Source: Zygnema circumcarinatum SAG 698-1b
Lineage: Eukaryota; Plantae; Zygnematophyceae
Length of the DNA: 64,000 bases
Assembly (NCBI GenBank): GCA_037447605.1
Contig: CM074804.1
Location: 6,053,909-6,117,908 of the forward strand
Direction: 5' to 3'
The notes beneath the pieces were generated by a model. It did no database searches. It was given only the letters and a program-made list of their open reading frames with translations, and had not been told where the DNA came from. The position numbers were made by a program, and so were the translations under genes. Shown in pieces: positions 1-10,434 of the stretch (within the stretch, counting starts at the first letter, position 1; every line of letters starts with the position of its first letter).

Positions 1-30
1 TCACGTCAACAACAAACCGATGCCGCTGGA

Positions 31-1125
31 ATGCATGCATGCGAGCAAAAGTCTTCTTATGTTTGTGGAGAATCTCGGGCTGTTCCATCAGATCCTTTAC
101 AGAATATGCCTGCTACTGCAGCAGCCCGATCTTCAGTAGGCACTATGACTGGTCACTTATTTGGCGGTAGAGTAGGCGGTAGTTTGCAGCATCTTCAGAC
201 TTGCACAGATTCTTTAGGAGCAGCTGCCTCACCAAGTATCAGTGGCAACGGACAGAACACCGGCAGCCTACAAGTGATCCTCCCCCAGTCAGAAAAATCA
301 GATAAGGGGCTTGGAATCAAGGACAGAAGTAGGGCCTCCCAAGAGGGCACGCCCGATTCTCCAAGAGCTGAGCTTCCTGCAAATAGCCATCTCCTAGCAG
401 CCCCTCAGAATGTACGTAGACCATCTGGTGGTCAAACGACGGACGCTGTTGAAGGGAGGTATCTCCTTCCACCTTGTGTCCTTCCGAAGGATCATGGCAG
501 ACGCAGTGCAGCAGCATGCCCGCCGCTAGAGTTGGGCGCTCCTAGCCCGAGCAAGTCCCTCTCGGATAGTAATGCTGGTGCTGGTGCTGGTGCTGCTAGG
601 GAGGGTCTGTTGCCTATGACCCCATACAACACTCCAAGAAGTGAGTCCACATCTCTCTCCCGGGAAGTGAAGTTGGCAGGCGCGACGTCTCCGTCAGAAA
701 CTGCAACTACGCGGCCAAATTCATCAGCCAGTGGGAAGGCGGCAATGGACGGCTCTCACCAGGCCTCTCCGCATGACAAGGAGTCAGCAATGAGCGCTCT
801 GAGGGGCGTGCCACGGGATGATCGGGAAGGCAATGATGGCCAGCATCTTCATGTCGCTCCTTATTCTCAAGCACTGGAGAGTTCGCCAAGCGGAACTGAA
901 TTGTTGGATGCAGCGAGTCCGGGGAAAGTTGATCTCGACATGGACGAGCCCTTTTCACGTGAAACCTCTGCTGCTTACACTACAAGTCACAATCCTGTTG
1001 CTGCGCCGGGAGTATCAAAACTCAGCTGGCCACTTATTGATTCGGTCGTTTCGCAGGAGCAGTGTTGTCATATGCATGAACCTGCAAGCCCGTCGAGCGC
1101 GCCACAATCTCAGGCCCTCCATTAG
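31..1125 (+). CDS. Probable 3' terminal exon of an unidentified gene; S/P/A-rich, low-complexity, likely disordered
   Basis: 364-codon open frame ending in TAG at 1123-1125. Candidate splice acceptors lie near the window start (gtttgtggag, gttccatcag). No recognisable domain. Confidence 0.45.
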   Translation: MHACEQKSSYVCGESRAVPSDPLQNMPATAAARSSVGTMTGHLFGGRVGGSLQHLQTCTDSLGAAASPSISGNGQNTGSLQVILPQSEKSDKGLGIKDRSRASQEGTPDSPRAELPANSHLLAAPQNVRRPSGGQTTDAVEGRYLLPPCVLPKDHGRRSAAACPPLELGAPSPSKSLSDSNAGAGAGAAREGLLPMTPYNTPRSESTSLSREVKLAGATSPSETATTRPNSSASGKAAMDGSHQASPHDKESAMSALRGVPRDDREGNDGQHLHVAPYSQALESSPSGTELLDAASPGKVDLDMDEPFSRETSAAYTTSHNPVAAPGVSKLSWPLIDSVVSQEQCCHMHEPASPSSAPQSQALH

Positions 1126-1701
1126 CCAAAGGACTTTGTGACTAAAGAAGTTAGCATCGATCAATAAGCTCCCCGTCCTTTTTAAAAGGGAGCATTTGGG
1201 GGGGTTTGACTGAAAGTAGAAGACAAAGAGAGGCCTTGCACCGCAAGTTACATGCTGATATGTACAACTGCAGATCAACGTGATTTCATGTTCAATTGTG
1301 AAGTTGTATTAAAACGAACGAGACTGAAGTTGATGGTCTGACAAAAAAACAGCAGGGTTTGGAGATTCAGTGCCCAAAGCTGCACTCCCCTCGTCGCATG
1401 GCGCTACAGGATGAGATATTGGAGGAATAGCATTACCTCGTAGTTGTCACTGTCACCTCGGGAAGGTGGCCCTATCGCTGAAGTTTGACAGGTTGCACGT
1501 GCTCATTCAAGTTCTTTAAGTTCTTTCGTTTGAACCTGGGTGTGAAGAATGAAGGAGCCGCCACCTCCCCATCACCCGCTCCAGGAGTACCGCTGAGTTA
1601 AAAATGCAACCAGGGGGAGCCTTTCAATGAATGTGGTCATTCGTTGTATGGACAAGGAGGACATTGTCTTTGACTTTCAAGGACAACCAGAAACCATCAA
1701 T

Positions 1702-1740
1702 AGGGGGGTATCAAACTTCGTCAAAATTTGACGAACTCTT
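1702..1740 (+). mobile_element. Degenerate single end of the AGGGGG-GTCAGAC MITE family (family A)
   Basis: AAT|AGGGGGGTATCAAACTT resembles AAT|AGGGGGTGTCAGACTT at 8651 and 12314. No partner end seen. Confidence 0.3.
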
Positions 1741-2211
1741 AATTTTTTTTTCTCTCAAACTGTTCGGTTTTACGGTAATGTGAGGTTGCCGGGTTGCCAA
1801 CTCACAGGACTTCTACGGAAGGACACCGTACGGTTTCGTACACACAAAATCGGGTCGTACAGTTGTCCTGATGCAGATCGATCGCGAACTAACGATGCAG
1901 TTATCGCAGGTGTGACTGGCGGCCCAGATGCCGCGAATGGCGTGAACGTAGTTTGGTCATTTCCCTCCTCAGTGCCGTCACACGTGCGAGAGGCCGGCCC
2001 TGAACCCTGCAGTGTGACTGCAGCAGTGTGACTGCAGTGGCGGGCCGCGTGCTCCCAAAACCCTTCCGCAGGAGTCACGACTGACTGGCTGGCAACCGGC
2101 TGCTCTGCCCTGCTCTGTTCGGCGCAGCGCCTCCTTCCTTCCGAACCCGTGCAAGGAGGGTTGCTTGTGGCGGGGAGCAGGAAGCAGGGAGCAGGGAGCA
2201 GGGGGGTAGCC

Positions 2212-4477
2212 ATGAGTGAAGAGAAGAAGAAGAAGAAGAGCAAGGCGAAGGAGGAGAAAACAGAAACATTCGCCCCCTCTCCCTCTGCAGACGCGGCAGC
2301 CTCCCTTGGAGCTATTCAGGCCGCCACAGACTTTCTCATCCGGCCCGACAATTCCTCCACTCACTTGGATACCGCGAACTGGCCGCTTTTGCTGAAGAAC
2401 TACGACAAGCTGAACGTGCGGACTGGGCACTACACACCCATCCCTTTGGGGCATTCGCCTCTGAAGCGTCCAATATACGACTACGTTCGGTATGGAGTCA
2501 TCAATCTTGACAAGCCTGTCAACCCTTCGTCGCACGAAGTTGTCGCCTGGATCCGCCGAATTCTGCGAGTGGAGAAGACTGGGCATTCGGGCACCTTGGA
2601 TCCAAAAGTGTCTGGAAGTTTAATCGTCTGCGTGGACAGGGCCACGCGGCTTGTGAAAGCGCAACAGGGAGCAGGAAAGGAGTATGTTTGCATTGCTCGC
2701 TTGCATGCGAAAGCGGAGTATACAGCCGTTGCGCGGGCCATAGAAACCCTAACTGGAGCTTTGTTTCAGCGGCCGCCTCTTATTTCGGCAGTGAAGCGGC
2801 AGCTTCGCATTCGAACGATTTACGAGAGCAAACTGATTGAGTATGACGAGGAGCGCCACTTGGTGGTGTTCTGGGTTTCTGTGGAAGCAGGCACATACGT
2901 CCGAACTCTCTGCGTGCATTTAGGGCTGCTGCTGGGAGTCGGAGCTCACATGCAGGAGCTGAGGCGAATTCGGTCAGGAATCATGGGGGAAAAAGATAAC
3001 ATGGTGACTATGCATGACGTGCTGGACGCGCAATGGCTGTATGATAATCATAAGGATGAAAGTTATTTGAGAAGGGTGATAATGCCACTGGAGGTTCTGC
3101 TGACTACGTACAAACGATTAGTGGTGAAGGATTCCGCAGTGAACGCAATCTGCTATGGTGCGAAGCTGATGATTCCAGGGTTGCTTCGGTTTGAGAATAA
3201 TATCGAGGTGAATTACTGACCCTTTCTGTCCATTTTGTGCCCTTTTTCCTTGTCTGTGGTAGTTTTCTTTTGTTTTGAGCGCCTTGCTCCATGAGTCGCG
3301 CCCTTTCTTTTTAGCTTCTTCAAAGGGAGGCCCTTTTTTTCTGTTTTGTGTTGACCGAAGCTGTATCAAGAGGACAGTTTGGTGGTGTCCGCCGCGAGCT
3401 TCTCCGGTGCTCTCCAGTATCAGATACGATAACTGATCAAATGATATAGACGCATGAGAACATAGTTTAAAGAAGCTATTTGAAAAAAGTGGGGCCTTTC
3501 AGCTAAAACTGAGAGCTGTCAAACTGGACACTGTCACGTTTCCTGGTATTCGTCAGGCTTATCTCCTTCGGTGACAGGTAAGTGTGAGAGTCTGTTTAGA
3601 ATTACCCTTCCGTTAACTTGCGCATGGAGCCCGTTCTTCGAATCTGACTGCCAATTGTTTCGTCTGTCTTTTTCTCTATGTTGGTTTCAAGCAGGTGAGG
3701 GAGGAGGTCGTCCTTATGACCACGAAAGGAGAAGCCATAGCTATTGGCGTTGCAGAGATGACGACAGCTGTTATGGCAACCTGCGACCACGGTGTAGTTG
3801 CGAAAATCAAGCGTGTAGTGATGGAGCGAGACACGTACCCACGGAAGTGGGGACTTGGGCCTGTTGCCCAGAACAAGAAGAAGATGATAAGTGAGGGGCT
3901 GCTGGATAAGCATGGGAAGTCTAATGAGAAAACTCCCAGTGAATGGCTCAGAAATGTTCCAGATTTGCGTGTGGCATCTGATGCTGACATTGCGAAAGCT
4001 GCAGCTGCAAAGGATATGGAAGTTGTGAAGGCTGATGATGGGCAAGAGGAGGCAAATAGAGGGACGAAGAGAACCAATGAGGAGGCGGCTGTAGAGGGAG
4101 AGTCAGTGAAGAAAAAGAAGCGGAAGAAGGAAGCAGAAGAGAAAGAAAGTGAACAGGTAGTGGCTAACGGGGATGAGGCTGAGGGTAGTACGAAGAAGAA
4201 GAATAAGAAGAAAAAGCAGAAAGAGGGAGAAGAGGATGGAGCTGCAGTGGAAGAAGAGGCAAACACAAAGAAAGGGAAGAACGAAACCGAAGCTGAAGAG
4301 GAGCAGGTAACAGACGAGGTTGTAGGCAAGGGATCCGAAAAGAAGAAAAAGAAGAAGAAGAAGGATGAGGAGGGAAATGTAGAAGCAACAGCTGAGTTGA
4401 ATGAAACTGCAGTTAGCACACCAGTCAGCGACAAGAAAAAGAAGAAGAAGAAGCAGGAGACGGAGGAGGAGAGTTAA
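2212..4477 (+). CDS. CBF5: Dyskerin / H/ACA snoRNP pseudouridine synthase; exons 2212-3207 and 3695-4477
   Basis: DKCLD and TruB motifs ([47 protein letters not shown]), PUA region, [12 protein letters not shown] and a K/E-rich tail. A phase-0 GT-AG intron at 3208-3694 joins NNIE to [16 protein letters not shown]. Confidence 0.97.
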
Positions 4478-5609
4478 ATCATTAGGCGATGCATGCAGGA
4501 GGGGGAATGCATGGGGTGCTATTACGCGAGTTATTTTGAAATTAGCAGGTTAGGGAAGGAGGGAGAAAGCAGACAAACGAACAGTGTCTGCTGTTAACCT
4601 TTCTAAGTGTTTGTACAAGGCTCGTCATTTCTTTTTTTCTGAAAAAAATCAACTATCTTGAAGCACTTTCATTTTGGCTGTCTATTCGCGGATTTTCCGA
4701 TTCTCCTAAAAGCGGCGCGTCAATAATCATTGACGAATGGAAGTGCATAAGGCAGCGTACTGCAAGGAAGGATTGATTCTACCTCTGCCCTTTCCTGGTA
4801 AAGGTTTACTTTCTTTCTTGATGTATTACCTGCCTTGTGTTCAGGGAATGTGCTCTTCTTTCACGAGAAATAAAGTTTGGATGACAAGTCACCTGAAAGA
4901 GCGTTTTTGAGTTTTGGTGGGAACCCTTTTGTTTTGTCAAAGTCCATATCCTCTCCTTGCCGCTCCAATCGTGGCCAACATTCATTCCGCCAATGCCATT
5001 AACAGTAACAAAGGAGGTTTCTCCCACTGTTGCGTTCAAGGAGAGAAACAGTAGTGGCGATCAATGTAGATGTGTTACGAACTAACGGAAAAACTCATTA
5101 AAAATTACATTTTTTGCACTTGCAAGAACTGAATGAGAGGGATGATTATGTTATTGCTTGAACTGAGCATAGCAAGAATATTTGTGTCAAGGAAGTGAGG
5201 ATAGCGTGGTTTGGTTTGTCGGTTGACTAATGCGGCCATACTGAAGACAACAAGATCCTAAACACCAAGCGAGGACAGAACATTGAAACAAAAGTTTTCT
5301 GTCAAGCCACTCAAATGTGGCATGCTGCCCAAAATTGAATCCTAACTCTATACAAATTTGGGCTCCAGTCTCTTGGATAATGGCCTGGCCTGGAGTATGG
5401 CTGAAGGGAGCCCCGTTCACCTCCTGCAGAACGGTCTGCACTGACCTGATTTAGGAAGTTCGTGTTTATGTTACACAATCGAGATGACCTCTCCAGTCTT
5501 CTATGGACTCGGCGAGTTGGAACGCGCCGCTTAACTGTGATCACTGATTTCTAGGAACATTGCAATAAGCGAAAATTGCATTGCTGCACCTGACAAGGCC
5601 TGACTATAT

Positions 5610-7900
5610 CTAGTCCAACAGCTCTGGGTGCTCCTGCATGTGCGCAACCATGCCCAGCACTGCGCTGCGCAGTACGCTGTTTCTCCCATCCGGATGCTTT
5701 GCGTCGTATGTGCTCCATACATGCCGGACCTGCCTGCCGTCTGGCCCAGTCAACTCTCTAAACGGAACAAGCACAAGGTTTTCTTTGTACTTCGAGCAAA
5801 TCTCATTCAGCCGGTGCTGTTCCCAGGGATGTTTGGTGAAGTGGATATCGACAGGGTCGTTATACCAATCGTCAAGAAACTACAAGCAGAGGGAGAGAGG
5901 TCAAACGACAAGGCTTCGTTAATATGATCGTTCTCAACGTGGCAAGGCAAGGTTACACTCTTTCACCCTTCACAAACATACATCGGTACCTAACTGCTGA
6001 TTGACATACGAAATCCAATAACCAGCAATACATGGCTACGTCGGGGAACAGCGGGGTTTGCTTTTGTGTTCACACCTGAAGTGCTAGAGAAGAGTTTCGC
6101 ATCATCACAATCCCGGCATTAATGAAGTTGATACAGAGTTCAGGTGGATCCGGAAAAAAGACGGGATTGAAGCTTCCACACCACCCTCCCTGGTTGTCTC
6201 CATTCCTCGGAAACAGGGCAATGAGCTGCGTGTCAGAGCCAAGGGGATCGACCAGGCGGATTGGCTCCTCCGGAAACCATGTCTGATTATCCATGTGAAC
6301 ACCTTGTTTTTCCAGCTCCGCAAAATAGTCCTGGATGGTGTGGAAAACGTGTGACTATTTCAGGAAATAGAGAAAGAAATTTCACTCGAGCACTGGAAGC
6401 AGCATCAAGAAAATGAGCCCGCTTTGGATGGAGCAAACAGTTAGGGGTCTTTCACTCATCTCTCTCTTTGCGACGCCTCCCCACCTACCTTTTCACCTGA
6501 GCTTCAAACTGCAAAGTTAATCGTTTCTCCTATCCACCTAATGAGCAATTCTGTTCTTCACCTTCGTGTGCAATTTCCGCAGCCAGTCTTCAACTGAAAG
6601 GGAGTGGTCATCCATGCGGAAGTACGCGTCAGAATCGATATAGAACGCCCACTGGCAGCAGCATTGCAGCTGCTGGCGGAGAAACCGAATCTGCGCATTT
6701 AAAGTGGCTCAATTGCACAGTGTCCTCATTTGGGCGGCAGGAAGAGTGGGAAGGAGTAAGAGGCCGTTCTCGAGTAAGAGCGGACTCAAATCTGTAAGAC
6801 TGCAGCTGCTGATATGAATGACGGTTTCAACGGAACTCCCGAAGAAGGGGACCAGGAGTGACCTAAAATCTAGGTTTGAGCCGAAAGGCCTCCAAGTCCC
6901 ACCTTGAGCCACGAGCTCGCACGCGGCTCCGACACATTCACAAACTCGCTGCCACTGGTCGCCACGAAGCGGTAGCCGTGCCTCTTGGCATACAGCCTGC
7001 GTCCCTGCCTCCAGGAAGAAGGTCAAGTCCCATCCTTCGAACAGATTACACTGACCTCACTTCTGCTCTCATCTTGGAGAGCCGCTATCTTCAACCGTGC
7101 GTAAAAAGAACAACACCGCTACATGGCTTACACTCTCGTTCGGCCCTTTAACTAGGGCCTACATTCTCTCCTGTCACACGCGGCTCCCAGTAATGATGCC
7201 ATCGGTTTGAGGAAGCGCACCTGTTGATGAACCTTGAGGAGAGCCAATACGGCATGTTGGATCCGCGCTCCTCCATATAGTACCAGGGGTCTTCTTGCAC
7301 CGTCTTGTACTCCATTTTTCGGTTATCCATGTAAAGGATACAGCCTTCTTTGGATCCCTGCATGCTCGACATGGGGACCCGCTCACTTAGTCCGACCTTT
7401 CCTTCATCCCTGCCGGAGTCCTCCCCCATTTTCATAACTGTTTCTTGACTGTGATAAAGTCTTCGTTGATGTTTGCCCTCTTCTTGAGCATCTTCCTGCA
7501 CCGTGGAGGAGGGCACACAGACGAGTGACATGTCATGTACCATGCATTCAGGGTAATTGGCCCCGCGCAGAAATCCTGAACCTTGCAACGCCCGTCAATC
7601 TTCAAACGAGGTCATTTTCAAACCGAATGTGACTCCTGCAACGCGCCCCCGAATACGCACCTGCCCGTCCGCCACGTGCAGGATCTCGGGAAGGTTTGAG
7701 GTCCACCGGGATTTGCGGCGCTCCCTGCTCTCCACCAGCAGCCGCCGCCCTCCTTCCTCGCCGTCCCGCAGCCGCGAAGGCTCCGTCTCGAGAACGCGCT
7801 CGGCCTCCTCCAACTCCTCCGACAAACGCGCCGCCTTCAAGCCGCCGACCGCCCCGAGGCAGAGGGCCGCCGCAAGCAGCTGCAGCGCCCCCCGCGCCAT
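5610..7900 (-). CDS. GT34 (GMA12/MNN10-like) glycosyltransferase, about 420 aa, 6 exons: 7900-7661, 7495-7221, 6996-6903, 6690-6562, 6330-6076, 5879-5610
   Basis: Splicing at GT-AG sites keeps one frame. It gives an N-terminal hydrophobic anchor (MARGALQLLAAALCLGAV), NRLYAKRHGY, SWLK, WAFYIDSDAYF (DxD), INAGIVMMRNS, and FLDDW..PWEQHRLN, matching the GT34 motif order. Confidence 0.8.
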
Positions 7901-7960
7901 TGGCACTGGATTCCGCGTACTCTCCCGCTCTGCCCTCCTCGCTCCTGTTCCGTCGCCTGG

Positions 7961-8008
7961 CCCTAACCCTAACCCTAATCCTCACCCTAATCCCAGCCCT
8001 CACCCTAT
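7961..8008. repeat. Short degenerate (CCCTAA)n telomere-like tract 5' of the GT34 start
   Basis: ccctaa x3, tcctca, ccctaa, tcccag, ccctca, ccctat. Confidence 0.8.
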
Positions 8009-8105
8009 CCCCACTGGCGGCTCCTCCCCATTGCTGCAGAATCGGCGTCCCCCCAGCGGAGGCGCACAGGCCCGGCACAGGCCGCACGCCGACGGCCATG
8101 TCCTG

Positions 8106-8165
8106 CCCACGTGGCAGCACCGCCATGGCGAGAAGCTCAGAGGAGCGCTGCGCGCGCCACGTGGC
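8106..8165. promoter_or_regulatory. Two G-box/ABRE-type motifs upstream of GT34
   Basis: CCACGTGGC near 8107 and the palindrome GCCACGTGGC at 8156-8165. The same palindrome occurs at 13529, 13773 and 25333, upstream of the RLCK and invertase genes. Function untested. Confidence 0.4.
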
Positions 8166-8650
8166 GGCCTCCACAGCGCAGCGCCACGCGGCGGGCCGCG
8201 GGCGCACGGGCGACGAGAAACCGTTGGGCGGCGCCGAGGGGCCGCAAGCAGCCAAAAAGCGCAATACAAGGGGCCGTACAAATTCGTACGAAGGAGACGT
8301 ACAGTACAGGCGAGGGCGGGTCGGGTTGCCGCCCGCCGCGTGGGGGGGCGACGGCGGGCCAGTCAGGAGCCGCCGCCGCTGGGCGCGATCTCCTGGGAGG
8401 GCCCGCCCGGCTGGCGCTTGGCGGCCAGGGCGGGGCGGGGCGGGGCGGGGCGGGGCGGGGCTTTGTCGTTTGGAAAGAGGGCGGAAATATCGGCACTGGC
8501 CGGCGCACTGAAGTTGCCGGAGGGCGGCACTGCGCGGGCGGGTGGGCGGGCGGGCGCCAGGAATCGTCAAATACGGGACTTTTTCAAAACAGTCCCGTAA
8601 ATACCGAAAATAAAACTCAAAAAGTCCCGAAAACAAAGCCGCCCTTCAAT

Positions 8651-8809
8651 AGGGGGTGTCAGACTTAACAAAATCTTACGAAAAGCGTTACGAAAAAAAA
8701 GGTTACGAAAGTACTCCGCCGCAAGAGAATCGCGATTATACTGGAGTACTCGTTCTGATGTCAAACTTACGAACACGAGTACTGAAATTTTTTAAGTCTG
8801 ACACCCCCT
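8651..8809. mobile_element. MITE family A, copy 1 (159 bp)
   Basis: Perfect TIR AGGGGGTGTCAGACTTAA..TTAAGTCTGACACCCCCT, with AAT on both sides (8648-8650, 8810-8812). Confidence 0.88.
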
Positions 8810-8812
8810 AAT

Positions 8813-8865
8813 AGGGGGAGTCAGACCTTGACCATCGCTTACGAAATTCCCGAATTCCTTATACG
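8813..8865 (+). mobile_element. Left end of MITE family B, truncated
   Basis: AGGGGGAGTCAGACCTTGACCATCGCTTACGAAATTCCCGAATT matches the reverse complement of the 31440 end of the full B copy. Confidence 0.7.
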
Positions 8866-8925
8866 AAAGGAGAATGATAGAGTTTCCCCCTTTATGGATA
8901 TCCTCTCCCCTTTTCGGGAAATTTC
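8866..8925 (+). mobile_element. Left-type MULE-like terminus (family K)
   Basis: GGAGAATGATA..CCCCC..GATATCC..CCCCTTTTCGGGAAATT is the approximate reverse complement of 12240-12308 and 11810-11860. Confidence 0.5.
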
Positions 8926-9062
8926 GTAAGAGGTGCCCGCTCCTCGCCTCTTCTTATTGGCTTCGATACGATACGGTATTATATAATACGATACGATACG
9001 AAACGTACGGACAAACAGCAACTCTAACATAATACCGCCCGCCTATTGTTAACACGGACACC
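8926..9062. repeat. Dispersed repeat fragment homologous (inverted) to 30797-30960, inside MITE J
   Basis: Shared gatacgatac runs and aactctaaca..taccgcccg.ctattg.taacacg.ac. Confidence 0.6.
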
Positions 9063-9189
9063 CTTATATTTTCGGAGAATTCTACTGCATCCCCCTATTT
9101 TGGCTTTAGTACCCCCCTTTTGAAAATTTTTCCTGCCCGTTTTGGTTATCCCCCCTATTTTGAATATTTTACGAGGGAATCTTTTTCCC

Positions 9190-9310
9190 GCCCCTTCCGT
9201 CCCCTCCCGTCCCCTCCCCTCCCCTGCCCTGTCCTCCCCGGCCCTCCCCTCCCGCCCCCCCCCCTCCCTTCCCCTCCCTTGCCCTGCCCTCCCTTGCCCT
9301 CCCCTCCTCT
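9190..9310. repeat. C-rich (CCCCT/CCCT)n simple repeat
   Basis: Directly visible pyrimidine tract. Confidence 0.85.
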
Positions 9311-10344
9311 TCTTGCATCTCACGTAGATGAACTTTTGGCTGCCAAACCATTGCAGTTGCAAAACCCTCACCCGGTTATGAAGAAACTGTGAGAGGGGCA
9401 GAGGGATGAGAAGCAAATTCACCTTCCACCCTTTCTCCCTCTTCACTGTCCATGGAAACTTCCCTCCTGGTGCCCGCAGCACTCTCACTCATTTTTCACT
9501 CACGTGCATACACAACACACGAGAGGCGGAATAGAAAAACGTAGGAGAAAGCTCCCAGCCTAAAACTCCTTTATGATGACAAGCTTTCCAACTCAAGCCC
9601 CCATAAGCCTAGTCAAGCTTTCACCACATGATCACTTCACCTTCACGTGAGGCAGCTCTCCACACACGGAGACTCCTCACAAAGGTCCACCTCCTGTTGC
9701 CAAAGCCATGCCTTCAAACTGCCATAGCCTTGCAATGCATATCAAGAAGGTTTCTAACTTACACACCCACTCTCACTATATAGTATGGGGCTGTGACGTG
9801 ACCATGTCACGTCACACGCGCCGGGACCATGCATGCAACAACCTTATTCAAACAACCTAAATAAACTACTTCGTGTCTTGCTATGCATAGTACACCCAGC
9901 CTGGCAACGTACCAACACCACCGCCCTAACCCAGATGGCCATGTACTCTACCGCCGAGCTGAACTTCCCGCCGTCACCCACAAGGACTATCTTCCGTACG
10001 CAAAGTAGGCTCCGCCGACTCCACCGACTTCGCCGCCTTTTGCCGCCGCATCAGTCCACGATTCCGTACGCCAGGACCGATTCCTCGGCGCGGTACCAAA
10101 TGTCGGACTCCCGGCCGTACTGTCCGTACCGACCGTACGGTCCGTACGGTCCATACTATCCGTACGGTTGCGCGGTCGGTCTCGCCGCCGCGCGCACGCT
10201 GAAGTAAGTCCGTCCCCATACATGTCACACCTAGAAGCACACCCCTAGGAACTAAGCGCCAACACAAACATGCTAATCTGAACTAACTATGTACACTAAC
10301 AGAAACGAGGTCGACCTGCTAGCGCGCGCAGTTTGGTAATCAAC

Positions 10345-10434
10345 CGGGACAAGAGCCATTTCGAGTACGCTTAGGGGGGAAAATGTTCCAATTGCAAGCA
10401 ACCAGGCCACAACTTAACATATTGCCTTAATTAA
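10345..10434 (+). pseudogene. Remnant of a MULE transposase C-terminal CCHC zinc knuckle
   Basis: Translates RDKSHFEYA*GGKCSNCKQPGHNLTYC, versus RDKSHFEYVEGPKCRVCSQAGHNSRTC in the MULE at 32.9-33.0 kb. An internal TAG sits at the Glu position. Confidence 0.75.

Noticed and set aside
3365-3470. Intronic H/ACA snoRNA in the dyskerin intron
   Set aside because: Only a short hairpin and a chance ANANNA; no convincing two-hairpin H/ACA layout by eye. A snoRNA covariance search would settle it.
7557-8668. Several overlapping long ORFs (up to 347 aa)
   Set aside because: Stop-poor, GC-rich promoter DNA and antisense shadow of GT34 exon 1; no domain features.
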